A DNA stretch of 64,000 bases from Dictyostelium discoideum. Its lineage: Eukaryota. The notes beneath the pieces are model-generated. The model saw only the letters and a list, made by a program, of their open reading frames with translations, made no database searches and was not told the origin of the DNA. The translations under genes were made by a program, and so were the position numbers. The stretch covers positions 4,000,001 through 4,064,000 of the forward strand of contig CM000153.2 of NCBI GenBank assembly GCA_000004695.1, given 5' to 3'. Shown here piece by piece: positions 1 to 14,321 of the stretch; position 1 is the first letter of the stretch; each line of letters begins with the position of its first letter.

Positions 1-1300
1 TGTAATCATCATCTTCCTCATCTTCATCATCGTCGACAACGAAATCATCACCTTTTTCATTACGATAACTATCGTAATCATCGTCATCATTTTCTAGATA
101 AGAGGCGGTTAGAGAACCACTTTTACCACCTCTACCTCTATTAGGTCTATAAGAGTCATCCTTTTGCTTCTTTTTCTCTCTCAATGCATCCAATAATTCT
201 TTTTCACGTTTTTCTTTCTCTTTCTCTGGATCCAATGTAGTGTGAATTGATTTGATTTTACTGACTTTTACAGTTCTCTTTGCAACATTCTCAGAGAGAC
301 GTTGATGAACTTTACTCTTAATATTGGTTGGTCTAATACTTAATCTTGAATCGATTTTACCCTCACACTCTATGAAACCATCTTGAGATGAGTAAACATA
401 GAATTGTTCATTCTGTAATGGTTGTTCCTTTATCTCCAATACTTCATTACCAATATATAGATGTGATGATCCATCTGACCATGTCACCAATCTTGTATTA
501 CTCTCTTTTGCTGGTCTACCATTTAAATCCAATCCCCATCTCCATCTAATCACTGATTCAACATTAAATTTACTCTTTTCATCACCATTCATTGCTTCTT
601 CATCTTCAAATGTTATTGGATCAAATGGTTTTGGTTGAATTCCTAAAATATTTAATAATTTTAATTTCATAATCTAAAAAAAATAAATAAAAATTAATAT
701 TTTTTTTTTTTTTTTCATTTTATATTAATATGTACAATAAATTCTTTTTTTTCTTACCTTTTGTGCTGGTAAAACATTTGAAGTTTCTATATGAGTTAAT
801 GTGATTGGGTCACGAATTAATTCAGGTTCTTCTTCTTCCTCCTCTTCACCTGCACCAGTTGCAAAATCAAGGTTTTCATTAGCATCTTCCATTGTTTCAT
901 CCTCTTCTGTTGAATGACGATTTTTATTTTTTTTACTCTTTTTTTTCTTTTTTTTATTACTATATTCTTCATCCTCTTGATCTTCTTGTTGTTCTTCTTG
1001 ATCTTGATCTTCTTTATCTTTTTTACTTTTATTTTTTTCATTATCACTATTTACATTATCATTTTCTTCAAGATCTTTATCACCAAATAAATCATCATCA
1101 TCATCATCACCATCATTGGCATCATTATTATTATCTTCATCATTTTTTGTTGTTACATTTTTATCTTGATTTTCATTTTCTTCCTCTCTATTATTATTAT
1201 TATTATTATTTTCATTGTCGTTTGTAGTCTGTTTTGAAGATTTATCAACAAATGTACCTTCTAAAATTTGTCTTTCATCCTCTTCTCCAAAATCATTCAT
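1..1300 (-). CDS. leo1: Homolog of RNA polymerase II-associated factor Leo1 (Paf1 complex), 5' two exons. The CDS runs off the window start, so the C-terminus is partial.
   Basis: Minus-strand ATG at 1300 (MNDFGEE...). Exon 1 is 758..1300, with donor GTAAGA at 757. The intron is 674..757 and ends TTTTTAG. Exon 2 is 1..673, in phase, open to the window edge. The translation PKPFDPITFEDEE...IRWRWGLDLNGRPAKESNTRLVTWSDGSSHLYIGNEVLEI...SASYLENDDD matches the conserved Leo1 core (human: PRPFDPQYYEDE...WSDGSMSLHLGNEVFDV...SASYLEPD). The acidic/poly-Lys N-terminal region is typical of Leo1. Confidence 0.75.
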
Positions 1301-1510
1301 TCTAAATTAATGTATTTTGAAAGAAAAAAAAAAAAAAAAAAAAAAAAAAAGAGTTTGTGTATGTATATATATATATATAATATATATATGAAAAAATAGT
1401 TATTGTTAATTTAAGTTTTTAAGAAAATAAAAAAAATAAAAAAAAAATTTGAAAATTGAAAAAATTGAAAAAATTAATTTTTTTTTTTTTCCAAAAATAT
1501 AAATGTTTTA

Positions 1511-1544
<34 letters not shown>

Positions 1545-1618
1545 AAATGCGAATGTGATCAATTGGAAATTTGATTTGTTTTTATTATTAATTTTTTATT
1601 TTTTATTTTTTTTTTTAT

Positions 1619-2456
1619 TTAATGATTATGGGCATTTGTGATATGAGTTGCATTATTATTATTAATATCTGAAGCAGTACGTGGTATGGTAACTTCATGA
1701 TTTTCTCTATTAACATAACTGAGATTATTATTCTCTCTATAACGTGTTGAAGTAACTGAATCAACATTGTAACCTTGATTAAGACCAATACGATGTGATT
1801 CACGATAGTATTCAGATGGAACGTGATCTTTAATATCAGGAATTGGTTCAGCCTTGTAATTGCTTCTATAATCTGCATATAAGGTAGATTTCTTCAATTC
1901 CATATGTCTTCTCCATGAAATGAATGCGGATATCATACCAACGAGCACTAATAAACCACCCAAAACTGACCCAACTATAATACCAGCCAATGTACCACCT
2001 GCAATACCATTACCTTTAGTATTCCATAGGTTTGTACCATTCATTGGATATAAACCAATATTTGATCCAGCAATATGTCCATTCTGGAATGCCTGTGCAT
2101 TTGTAGCTGAATAAGAGTTATATCCAACTATTTAAAATAAAAAAGTTAGTACTAATTTTTTTTTTTTTTTAAATTATATTTTAATTCTATAAATAATTAT
2201 TGTTTTTTTAAATTTACATACGTTTATAACTACCAGGTGTTCTTGCTAAATTTCCACTTTGAATTGTATTAATATTTGTTACAAAATCTGTTGGAACTGA
2301 TTGAGATTGTTGAAGACCAAATGTTGACCCAATATTTCTAACCCAATTATTATAAATTAAAACACTTTGGGAATTATCTAAATTAGTCTGAGCTAATGCC
2401 ATTGATGCTCCATAAAGCATACCAACTATACCAACACAAATTGCTTTTGATATCAT
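1619..2456 (-). CDS. Small type I membrane protein of unknown function, with signal peptide, Gly-rich TM helix and cytoplasmic tail
   Basis: ATG at 2456 with a signal-peptide-like N-terminus (MISKAICVGIVGMLYGASMALA). Only the splice GTAGTT(2233)...AATAG(2128) keeps the frame into the 1619..2127 ORF. The more canonical GTATGT donor at 2220 gives an immediate stop. TM segment GIAGGTLAGIIVGSVLGGLLVLVGMISAFISW is followed by a basic stop-transfer (RRH). No family recognised. Confidence 0.45.
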
Positions 2457-2587
2457 TTTGTGTTTTTTTTTTATTTTTATTTAATTATATATATTATTTT
2501 TTTATTTTATTTTATTTTATTTTATAATAATTAAATAATTCGATCTGATTAAATTTTTTTTTTTATTATTTTTATTTTTTTTTTTTT

Positions 2588-2626
<39 letters not shown>

Positions 2627-2757
2627 AATAAATAAATAAATAAATATATAAATAAATAAATATTTTTTATAAATTATAAATGTATTAAGGAAAAGAACTA
2701 AAAAAAAAAAAAAAAAAATAATTCAACTATAATAGTGTTTGAAAAATACCACAATAT

Positions 2758-2793
<36 letters not shown>

Positions 2794-3197
2794 CTAAAAA
2801 AGGTAAATAATTAAATAATTTTCAAATTATTTCTATATCAATATAAAAAAAATTAAATTGAAATTAAAATTGGGTATAAACAAAATGTTTAATATATTTT
2901 ATTTAAATTAAATTTTTAAAAAATAGTTACCACATTTCCAATTCGATTTTACTTTTCATAAAAAAAAAAAAAAAAAACATATAAAAACATAATAACACAC
3001 TTAATCAAGTTCAAAATAAAATATTTTACCAATTATTAAACCACACACCACACTTTCAATGTTTCAATAATTTGGAATATCTATTTTAATAAATTTAATT
3101 TCTTTCATATCAATAATTCTTTCTCAATATTTTATTATTTATCACCCACTTCTTTCGGAAATAGAAATTGTTGTTTGAGTAACCTTAATTTTAAAAT

Positions 3198-3237
<40 letters not shown>

Positions 3238-3427
3238 TTTTTTTTTTTTTCTTAATTATTTTTTTTTTAAAACAACATAATCGATAATAAAGATAATAAC
3301 ATAATAAAAATAAATAATAATAACCGAACCAAAAAAAAAAAAAAAAAAAAAAACTTAAAAAAAAAAATCTAATATTAATTTATTTATTTATTTATTTATT
3401 AATTTATATATTTTAAAAATAATAAAA

Positions 3428-4991
3428 ATGAGATTATTTTTATTATTAGTAACACTTTTCAGTGTTACAACTCAAATATATGCAGAATTTTCAGAAGATC
3501 AAATGACAAATATTGTATCTGCATTCAATAAACTTAGATCAACAGTTACACCAAGAAATTTAGGAGATTATAATCAAGTTTCATGGAGTGATATTCTATA
3601 TGCAAATGCATTAACTCAAACCCAAACTTGTCAACGTAATTCACTTTATTCACCAGCCGGTTCAGCAGGTTTATATGGTGAATCTTATGCATATTTCGAT
3701 AAAGATCCATCTGTAAATGATGTAAGTATCTAATTTTTAATAATATTAATTATATTTAAATTTTAAAATATTAATTATTTTTTTTTTTTTTTTTTTTTGA
3801 AAATTCTGGAAATTATTAATAAACAGGTTCAAGATAAACTATCCGCTGGAAGATTATATTATAATTATGATGATACCCAATGTACTGGAAATCATGATTG
3901 TACTCCATATTTAAATATTATTTGGAACACAACGTAAATATTTTATTTACTTTAAAATAATTTTTTTTTTTTTTTTAAAACATTTTATATTAATAATTTT
4001 TTTTTTTTTTTTTTAATTAAAAGTACACAAGTAGGATGTTCAAAAAGTGAATGTGATGGTAAAACATTAGTAGTTTGTAATTATAATCCACCAGGTAGTT
4101 TTTCAGGTATTCCACCATACACTGCAAGACAACATGCTGATTTAACAACAATGAGTTATGAAGAATGGCCAAATAAAATTGTGAATTTAAATCAAAGATT
4201 AGTTAGAAGAGATGACGATCATATTTACACTGCAAGTGTCCCAACTGATGGATCATTCGATTGGAGAGATAATGGTGTTGTTGGTTTCCCAAAGGATTCT
4301 TCGAATTGTGCCTCTGGTTGGGCTTTCACTGCTGCTGGTATTTTTGAATCAAGAAGTGCTATGAGAACTAGACATAGATATGATTATTCCGCTCAACAAC
4401 TTATAGATTGTATTAATGTTTGTATTATTATTGTTATTATTTTTATTATTTTTATTATTATAATTTACCAAACTAACAAAAATTTTATTTTAGTTCTCAA
4501 ATTTTTCAATTGGAAATTATACAAAATGTAGTAGATTCAGTGGTGAATTAAATAAAGCATTAATGTATGCCCAAGCATATGGTCTCCAAGCTACTAGTAC
4601 CTATCCATATGTTGGTGCTTCATCAATAGGTTGTTCATATAATCAATCATCAATTGCTGTTGAAGGTGGTGATGTTGAATATTCACAAGTTGGTAGAGAT
4701 TCAATCGTTGAAAAATGTAGAAAACAAGGTCCAGTTGGTGTTGGTATTTATGTTACCAATGAATTCTTATATTATGCTGGTGGTATTTTCGAATGTAACA
4801 ATACATTGATCGATAATGCAAACATTAATCACAATGTATTATTGGTTGGTTATAATGAAAAAGATAATTACTATATCATTAAAAATAATTTTGGTCGTAC
4901 TTGGGGTGAAAATGGTTTTGCTCGTATTACTGCCGATGTTAACAAAGATTGTTTAATAGCTAAAAATCCAGCTTATTCCATCCAAATTTAA
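3428..4991 (+). CDS. Secreted fusion protein: N-terminal CAP (CRISP/Antigen5/PR-1) domain plus C-terminal papain-like (C1 family) domain. The nucleophile Cys and oxyanion Gln are replaced, so it is a predicted pseudopeptidase.
   Basis: Four exons: 3428..3721 (donor GTAAGT), 3827..3933 (acceptor AACAG, donor GTAAAT, phase 2), 4024..4417 (donor GTTTGT), 4494..4991 (acceptor TTTTAG, stop TAA). Signal peptide MRLFLLLVTLFSVTTQIYA. CAP motifs: ...CTPYLNIIWNTTTQVGCSKSECDGKTLVVCNYNPPG (compare PR-1 GHYTQVVW...GC...C...CNYxPPGN). Papain-like motifs: SFDWRDNGVVGFPKDSSNCASGWAFTAAG (canonical QGxCGSCWAFS), NHNVLLVGYN (His present), YYIIKNNFGRTWGENGFARI (Asn present). The CAP C-terminus and the peptidase N-terminus lie in one uninterrupted exon (4024..4417). 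Confidence 0.7.
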
Positions 4992-5005
4992 ATTAAAATT
5001 AAAAA

Positions 5006-5006
5006 C

Positions 5007-5101
<95 letters not shown>
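5006..5101. repeat. (AAT)n microsatellite, ~32 units, intergenic
   Basis: Perfect aat repeats read directly from the sequence, followed by long poly-A tracts (5160..5230). Confidence 0.95.
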
Positions 5102-5102
<1 letters not shown>

Positions 5103-5185
5103 TTAATTAAAACTAGAAAAATAAGAAATTAATTGAACAATTTTTTTTACCACGGTAAAAAAACAGAAAGAAAAAAAACAAAAAG

Positions 5186-5235
<50 letters not shown>

Positions 5236-5482
5236 ATTAATTATTACAAATATCTTCTAAAACATAAATAAAAAAAAAAGTCAAAAAAAAAAAAAAAAAA
5301 AATTTGTTGTATTTATTTTAAAATAATAATTATCTAATGAGTCATAAATAAACAAAATAAATTTATTTTGTTTTTTTTTTTTTAGACTTTATTTTTAATT
5401 TTCATTTTTTCGTTTAAGAAAATTTTTATTTTTTTTTAATTTTATTTTCCTTTTTTTTTTTTTTTTTTTGTCGAGTTTTTAA

Positions 5483-6839
<1,357 letters not shown>

Positions 6840-7069
6840 AATAAATTTTATTAAAATATATAATTAAATTATTTTTTTTCTTTTTATTCCTTTTTTTTTT
6901 ATTTTTTTTTTTTTTTTTAATTTTAATTAAAAGCAAATAATTAATTTTTTATTTACAAATTAAAAAAAAAATAACTCAAAATAATAATAATAATAAAGAC
7001 AAAAAAAAATAAAGAAATAAAAAATAAAACTGTAATATATTAATTTTGATATAAGTGGATCAAAACAAT

Positions 7070-7272
7070 AAAGGTTGGTAGATCTTAAAAAATTGAATCA
7101 ATTCAATTTGGTGTTTTATTGAGAGAATATTACAAATTGTAAAATATGGATCGAATTTCATATCACCAAAATATGGATATATGACTGATAGTATTATTGA
7201 GTTTAAAGTTTTACTTGCTAATGGAGAAATTGTAAATTCAAATCCATTTAATAATAATAAAAACAATAAATA
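7070..7272 (+). pseudogene. Orphan fragment of an FAD-linked oxidase (FAD_binding_4/PCMH) gene, ~65 codons with no upstream exon or start
   Basis: The frame reads ...KYGSNFISPKYGYMTDSIIEFKVLLANGEIVNSNPFNNNKNNK*, matching the FAD-binding-4 motif (s.kYGl..Dnvl..evVlAdGeiv). A TAA stop lies upstream and there is no ATG. It sits in the convergent 3' intergenic space between adk and asns. Confidence 0.3.
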
Positions 7273-7480
7273 ATAATAATAATAATAAAAATAATAACAC
7301 ATTAAATACTTTTGTTATACAAATTAAGAAATTTTATTTTAAATTTTTTTTTTTTTTTTAGTTTTTTAAATATAATATAATATTCATTATTTGATATCAA
7401 TTAAAAAAAAGAAAGAAAAAGAAAGAATTAAAAAAAAGAATAAAAAAAAAATATATATGGTTTTTTTTTTTTTTTTTTTT

Positions 7481-9238
7481 TTACTCAGTTGTACTTAAAT
7501 GAACTTTTTGAGCTCTACCTGATGGATCTTGTGAGGCACCCCAAGTTGGAATCCAACGTTGAACGGTTTCCATACATTCTTTACCTGGATAGATGGCTTC
7601 AAACATTTTTCTGTAGAGGAAAGCTTCTTTGGTGGTTGGAGTATCATCTGGGAAGTAAGATTCACGTTTAGCAAACTCTTCATCGGAAACTTCATTCTCG
7701 GCATTTTCCTTTAAGCCATCAATCCAACTATAACCGACACCATCAGAGAATTGTTCTTTTTGTCTCCAAAGGACAGATGATGGAAGGTATGGTTTTTCGC
7801 CTTCTTTAGTTTCAAAAGCTTTTCTGAGGATATATTTCTCCATTCTCTTTTTACCTTGATCATCATGACAAACTTTGTGAGATGGGTCAATGTTCATGGC
7901 GACATCAAGGAAACGTTGATCAAGGAATGGTACACGAACTTCAACACCCCAAGCAGCGGTGGATTTATTAGCACGAAGACAATCAAAACTGTGGAGAGCT
8001 TTGATACGACGACAACATTCAACATGGAATTCATTGGCATCTGGAGCATTGTGGAAATAGAGGTAACCACCAAAGATTTCATCAGAACCTTCACCGGATA
8101 AAACCATTTTAACACCCATAGCTTTAATTTTTCTAGAGAGGAAATACATTGGAGTGGAAGCTCTAATGGTGGTGACATCATAGGTTTCCAAATGTTTAAT
8201 AACGTCTGGTAATGCATCAATACCTTCTTGAACTGTGAAATGATATTCATGATGAACTGTTTGAAGGTAATCGGCAACATCACGTGCAGCTTTAAGATCT
8301 GGGGCATCCTTTAAACCAATACAGAATGAATGAATTCTTGGCCACCATGCTCTTGATTTTTCATGATCTTCAACTCTTTGTTCTGCATGTCTACTAACGA
8401 TACTTGCAACCAATGATGAATCTAAACCACCTGATAATAAGACACCATATGGTACATCACTCATCATACGTGATACAACTGCTTGTTCAAATGCTTCTTT
8501 AATTGCTGGTAATACTTGTTCTTCACTCTTTAAAACTCCACTTGGTGAATCACCCATAATCCAGTTTGGTTTATAATATCTTACAAACTCTTTAGTTTTA
8601 CTTGAAAAATAGTGACCTGGTGGGAATGGTTGGAATTTATAACAATCATCTTTAATTGCTTTCATTTCTGATGAAAACCAAATTGAACCATCTTTATGCC
8701 ATCCAATATATAATGGTACTAAAAAAATAAAAAAATATATATTATTAATAATTTAATTGATTAATTGACTAATTGATTGATTGATTTGTTTTATTTACTT
8801 ACCAACACCAATTGGATCACGAGCAGCTAAAAATGAATTTGCTTTTTTGTTATAGACAACAAATGCAAAATCACCATCTAACATATGAACGAAATCATCA
8901 CCTTTATCTTCATAGAGATGTAAAATTGGTTCACAATCACTATGGGTTTTAAAGGTATGTTTACCAGTGGCAACCAAGTCTTCTCTTAATTTCTCGTGGT
9001 TATAAATTTCACCATTTACAGTGAGGGCAATAGTTTCATCTTCATTCAATAATGGTTGAGCACCGTTCTCTAAACCGACAATAGCTAAACGTTCATGGGT
9101 GAGAATTGAATCGGATGATTGATAAATACCGTTCCAATCTGGACCTCTATGTCTTAATCTTGATGATAATGAAAGAGCCTTCTTTCTTAATTTGCTAGCT
9201 TCCTCTAATGAGTTTAAAATTGCTAAAATACCACACAT
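7481..9238 (-). CDS. asns: Asparagine synthetase (glutamine-hydrolysing), class II amidotransferase
   Basis: Exon 1 is 8803..9238, starting MCGILAIL (N-terminal Cys nucleophile), donor GTAAGT at 8802, phase 1. Exon 2 is 7481..8718 (acceptor TTTTTAG at 8719-20, stop included). Motifs: [27 protein letters not shown] (PP-loop), [10 protein letters not shown], colinear with plant/animal AsnS. Confidence 0.9.
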
Positions 9239-10232
9239 TTTCTTTTTTTTTTTTCTTTTTTAATTAAATTAAATAATTACCCTATGCATATGAAAAAATT
9301 ATTTTTAGGAAATAAAAAAAAAAAATTTGATAATTAAAAAAAAAATAAAAAAAAAATAAAAATATCACAAAAAAAAAAAAATCAAAAAAAAAATCCCAAA
9401 AAAAAAAAAAAAAAGTTAATATTAATTTTTAGGAGTAAAAAAAAAGTGAGGTTATTTAAACATTTTTTGACTTTTATTTTTAACCACCTCTTTTTTTTAA
9501 AAAAAAAAAAAAAAACCAACAAATAATAATTTTTAGTATAATACTTACAATTTATATAAATTGTTTTGTTGCTTATTTTTTTTGTTGAGTGAATGAAAAA
9601 AGAAAAAAAAAAAAAAACTTATTTATATGGTGCAATTGAGTAAAAATTGATAAAAAAAATAGAAAAAAATCTTTTTTTTGATTTTTTCTTTTGATTTTTT
9701 TTTAAAATTTTCAAAAAAATGAAAAAAAAAAATGAAAAAAAATAATCTGTTAATGACGATTTTTATAAAGATATTTTTTGGTATTGGTGTTGGTATTATT
9801 CATTTGGGGAAATGGTGAAAAAAAAAAAAAAACATCGAAATTCTAATAATTTTACAAAAAAAAAAAATCTATTTTAAACTGGTGATATCATCACTTCGCT
9901 TCCAGTGTTCTTTAAAAAAAAAAAAAAAAAAAAAATATATCCTATATACCAAAGTGATCATATTATTTTTTTATTTTTTCTGAAAAATTTATAATATCTT
10001 TTTTTTTTCACTAAACCAAATAAAAATAATCATATGAATTGTCATATGAAAATTTTTAAAATGAGGGTATAATATCTTATATGTATAAATTTTTTTTTAA
10101 AATGTAAATATTATATTATATTTAAAAAAATTTTATTTAATTTTTTTTGTATTATTACCATTTTTTTCTTTTTTTTTACTTATTTTTTTTTTCTTTTTTT
10201 TTTTTTTTTTTTTTTTCTTTTAAAAAATTAAA

Positions 10233-11861
10233 TTAAATTATTAAAACTGATAAAATAGAAATTAAAATAATAGTAAATAAATTGAAAATTAATTTTGAAG
10301 TATTATTATCATTATCAGCTGGTTCTTTTCTGGCACGAACAGTGATTTTATCAACATAAACTGTTGGTTGATCTTCATTAGCTTTTAACCAAAATCCATC
10401 GAAAACTTCATCAGAGTCATCAAAAGGAACAATAATTTTAGTCCAAGTATTAGCAGCAATTGGTTTGCCATTGAGTTGTTCGACCGAATAGGTTTGTTTC
10501 ACTTCATTGGTGTGATCAGGTTTCTTATGTAATATTTGAAGATTGAGATCTTGGCTACCCATTTCACCACCATGGATCCAAAATTCCAATTGTTTGTGTA
10601 CATTTGTTTGAATACAGCCATAGCACATGAAATGTAAAGATTTCTCTTTGATGGGATTAAATTTAATCGAAAATTTTCCTTCACATGGAATTACCTCGGA
10701 GGAGTTTATAACGGGTTTTGAAGTGCTCCAATCATCGGCCCAATGGGTAATCTTATCATTGTAGATATCAAAGGTATCAGAGAATTGAAGTGGTCTACCA
10801 TTGTTTTTTGCCAATCTTTCTAAATGATTTTTATAACCTTGACCAAATGTAGTTGGATCACCTTCATAATTTTCAATGAGTGATGGGACATTACAATCAC
10901 CGACCAACCAAGACCAAGCCAAATAATGAACACCATTGTCGTCACAATATTGGAGGAAATCTTTAAGGAAATCATGTTGACAATCCTTTTGACCAGTTTC
11001 AGTAGCGATCATTGGAATTTGATCAAAAATTGGTTTAATTTCAATATCCCAACAACCTTTGGATTTACATTGATTGAATTCGTAAGCATGTAAAGAAGCG
11101 GCAATTTGTTGTGGTGATAGAGTATCTCTTGGCATGTAATCAAAGAATTTCAAAAATGAAGAAGCATATTGAATTCCACTCATCAATATGATATTGGTCG
11201 CACCAGTTGATCTAACAGCCTCGAGGAGTTGTTGCATTCCGACTGTACCGTAATCTTGATTGGTGCATTGTGTACCATCTTTCCAACATTGCCATGCATC
11301 GTCATCATTGTATGCATTGTCGTTTGGGTATGGTTCATTGTAGAGATCAAAGATAACACGTGAATTATCTTTAAAATCTCTAGCAACACTCTTCCAAAAA
11401 TCTACACTACTAATATTGTTTGGCATTGGAATTTGTGCTTTTGCTTGTAATCCATTCTTTGAACTCCAATGAAGATCCAAAATTACTGCCAAATTATGAT
11501 CACAAAGCATCTCTACATATGATTTTATTGTATCTCTATATCCATTGCCATACCATAATGCCTCATTTCCATGATTACCCAACCAACAATCTTCATTCAA
11601 TGGTACACGAATTGCATTCAATTTCCAGCTTCTAAGTAATTCAATATGTTCTGAATCACATGGTCCATCGAAAACTTGTGCATTTTGAACACACATATAT
11701 TCTGTACCAGGACGATTTACTCCTCTAAGCATTATTATTTCATCATCAGAGTTATATATTGTATTTCCTTTTATATGTAATCCATGGGTTGTTTGTTCTC
11801 TTGAATATATATTTTTAATTAAAAAACATATAAAAAATATTAAACTAAATTTTATTTTCAT
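10233..11861 (-). CDS. Glycoside hydrolase family 5 (cellulase/endoglucanase-like) with signal peptide, C-terminal beta-sandwich (CBM-like) region and hydrophobic tail (possible GPI signal)
   Basis: Single 542-codon ORF. N-terminal signal MKIKFSLIFFICFLIKNIYS. GH5 hallmarks: LRGVNRPG, ILDLHW, FDLYNEP (acid/base Glu), IATETG (nucleophile Glu), WSW. C-terminal ~170 aa extra domain, then the ...NDNNTSKLIFNLFTIILISILSVLII tail. Confidence 0.8.
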   Translation of the reverse strand: MKIKFSLIFFICFLIKNIYSREQTTHGLHIKGNTIYNSDDEIIMLRGVNRPGTEYMCVQNAQVFDGPCDSEHIELLRSWKLNAIRVPLNEDCWLGNHGNEALWYGNGYRDTIKSYVEMLCDHNLAVILDLHWSSKNGLQAKAQIPMPNNISSVDFWKSVARDFKDNSRVIFDLYNEPYPNDNAYNDDDAWQCWKDGTQCTNQDYGTVGMQQLLEAVRSTGATNIILMSGIQYASSFLKFFDYMPRDTLSPQQIAASLHAYEFNQCKSKGCWDIEIKPIFDQIPMIATETGQKDCQHDFLKDFLQYCDDNGVHYLAWSWLVGDCNVPSLIENYEGDPTTFGQGYKNHLERLAKNNGRPLQFSDTFDIYNDKITHWADDWSTSKPVINSSEVIPCEGKFSIKFNPIKEKSLHFMCYGCIQTNVHKQLEFWIHGGEMGSQDLNLQILHKKPDHTNEVKQTYSVEQLNGKPIAANTWTKIIVPFDDSDEVFDGFWLKANEDQPTVYVDKITVRARKEPADNDNNTSKLIFNLFTIILISILSVLII

Positions 11862-12367
11862 TATTTCCTAATATAAAAAAAAAAAATATATAAATAAATT
11901 TTTTTTTTTATTTTTATTTTAAAATTAATTATTATTATTATTATTATTATAAATTATTATTATTATTTATTTATTTATTAATTTATTTATTTATTAATTT
12001 AAAATTTAATGGAAAAAATAATAATTATAAAAATAAAAAAATATTAGAATTATTTTAAAGTTTTTATGTATATATAGTTTTAATTTCGAATTTTTTTATT
12101 CAATAATATTTTTTATGTTGATGGTTGATTTGGATTAAATTAATAGCAGGAATAATAAATATAAAAAAAATAAAAGATAAAAAAAAAAAATAAATTGTGT
12201 TGATAAAAAAAATAAAAAAATAATAAAAAAAAAAAATTTAATTTAAGATGGATTACAAAAATACTAAAATTGGGTAGATAAATAATAGTGTTACCAATCA
12301 GAAAAAAAGTTTTATATTCGAAGTACATTTTTTTTTTATCTTTTTATTATTATTATTATTATTATTT

Positions 12368-12406
<39 letters not shown>

Positions 12407-13913
12407 TATTTATTTATTTAAAACAACCAAAAACAATAATAGATACATGAAAAAAGGATTTAATTGAAAAAAATAGTAATAATAAACACACAATTATGAC
12501 AATGCCATTTTAATACATATTGATTAATTTTATTATTATTTTTATTATTATAAAATTTATATGCTTACTTTTTTGTTTTATTAATTATTCAATCCAATTT
12601 CTTTAAATTGAGTATAAAAATAAAATAAAAAATAAAATTAAATATTATTTTAAAAAGTACAATATGATGCGTTGTTATTACTATAATTGATTATTTTATT
12701 CTTTTAATATTTCTTAAAACAACATAGTAACAAAATATAAAATTTTAATTTGTATTTTATAAATATATATATATATATGTGTGTATGTATGTATCTAGTT
12801 TGTATAGATAAATATTTTAAAACTATATCTTGGTTTTTTTGTTTTTTTATTTATTATTTAATTTTTTTTTTTTTTTTTTTTTTTTAATAAAATTTTAAAT
12901 TTAATATTTGCTTATTTTTTAAAATATTAAAATAATAATTAAATCATTAATTTAAAAGTTTTACAAAATTTAAGGAATAAATGGGAATTAAAACATATGT
13001 TCATACAAAACAATACCAATAATTATTATTTTTTTTTTTTTTTTTGAAACACACACCCACATAAAAAGTTCAAATTACTAAAAAATACAGATATTTGTGT
13101 GGTTCATTTTTTTATTTTTTTATTTTTTTTTTTTTTTTAAATGGATTAAGGAAAATTATTTATATACCCACATTAAAAAATACATAAAAAAATTTTATAC
13201 TCTCTAATTTTAATTTTTTTTGATAATTTTTAATATTAAAAAGTGTTGTGTGCTGTTATATAAAAAATTCCACCCCACTACCAATATTTTTGATGTGTTA
13301 GTGACTTTTTACAGAATATTTGAAAGTTATTGGAAATAACCTCAACTATCCGTAATTATGTTATTATTATTATTTTAAATTTACAAATACAAATAAATTG
13401 TTTGTTATGGTATTAAAAACTGTTTTCCAAATGTATAGAAACCCCAATAAAAATTTATTTTAAAGTAAAGAATGAATGATTTTTATTCACCATTTTAAAA
13501 TTATTATTTTTTAAAATAGTAGATTTAAAATATAATAGTTACTTTCATTGTTTGAAAATATTATTATTATTTTTTTATTTTTTTTTTATTTTATTTTTTT
13601 TTAAACATAAAAACACTTTTTTTTTTTTTTTTTTCAATAATAAAAACAAATTCATAAAAACAAACCCAAAATATCTATTTTAGATTTTAAAGAATAAAAA
13701 AATAAAAAAATAATAAATGATTTGGTGGATTATAAAGTGTGTGAGTGTGTTGAAAAATGAAAATGCTTATTACAATTTTTGGTGTTAAATAAAAATGATT
13801 TACTTTTTTCGTCTTTATTTAATCATTTAGATTATAATTTATACTACAATTAAAAATATACACAAATAAAATTCTATATTTTTTAATTTTGGAAATGATT
13901 TAATCAAAATTTT

Positions 13914-13946
<33 letters not shown>

Positions 13947-14321
13947 CTACACATTTATTTAAATAAAAAAAAAATTAAAAATGAAATAAAAAATAAAACT
14001 TTTAATCATTGTAGTTTTATTTCTACAAAAATATTTAATAATTTATGATATATCATATTAATACCATTATTTTTTTTTATTAATTTATAAATTATTTTAT
14101 TTAATTACTAGTAATTTTTAATTAAATTGTAAGATAGTTTATGAGGATGTACCATCACATTTTATTTTATTATTTTTTTTTTTTTTTTTTGGCATATCGT
14201 GATATTTTTTTTTTTTGGATAAAATTTTTTGTTTACTTTTTTTTATGTTTTTTTTTCTGTTTTTTTTTTTTTTTTTTTGTGTGTTTTTTTTTAATGGTAT
14301 TACTATTAATTTAGTGTGTTA

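Noticed and set aside
4151-4991. Track ORFs 4151..4531 and 4563..4991 as two independent small genes
   Set aside because: Both are in-frame internal pieces (starting at internal Met codons) of exons 3 and 4 of the CAP/papain-like gene. Frames connect through canonical GT..AG introns to upstream exons bearing the signal peptide.
11862-14321. 2.4-kb ORF-free interval (and similar gaps 26534..28899, 58335..60376) as hiding an unannotated gene
   Set aside because: I scanned all six frames for non-repetitive ORFs or motif fragments. Only homopolymer or low-complexity translations were found. Most likely these are ordinary long AT-rich promoter or intergenic regions.
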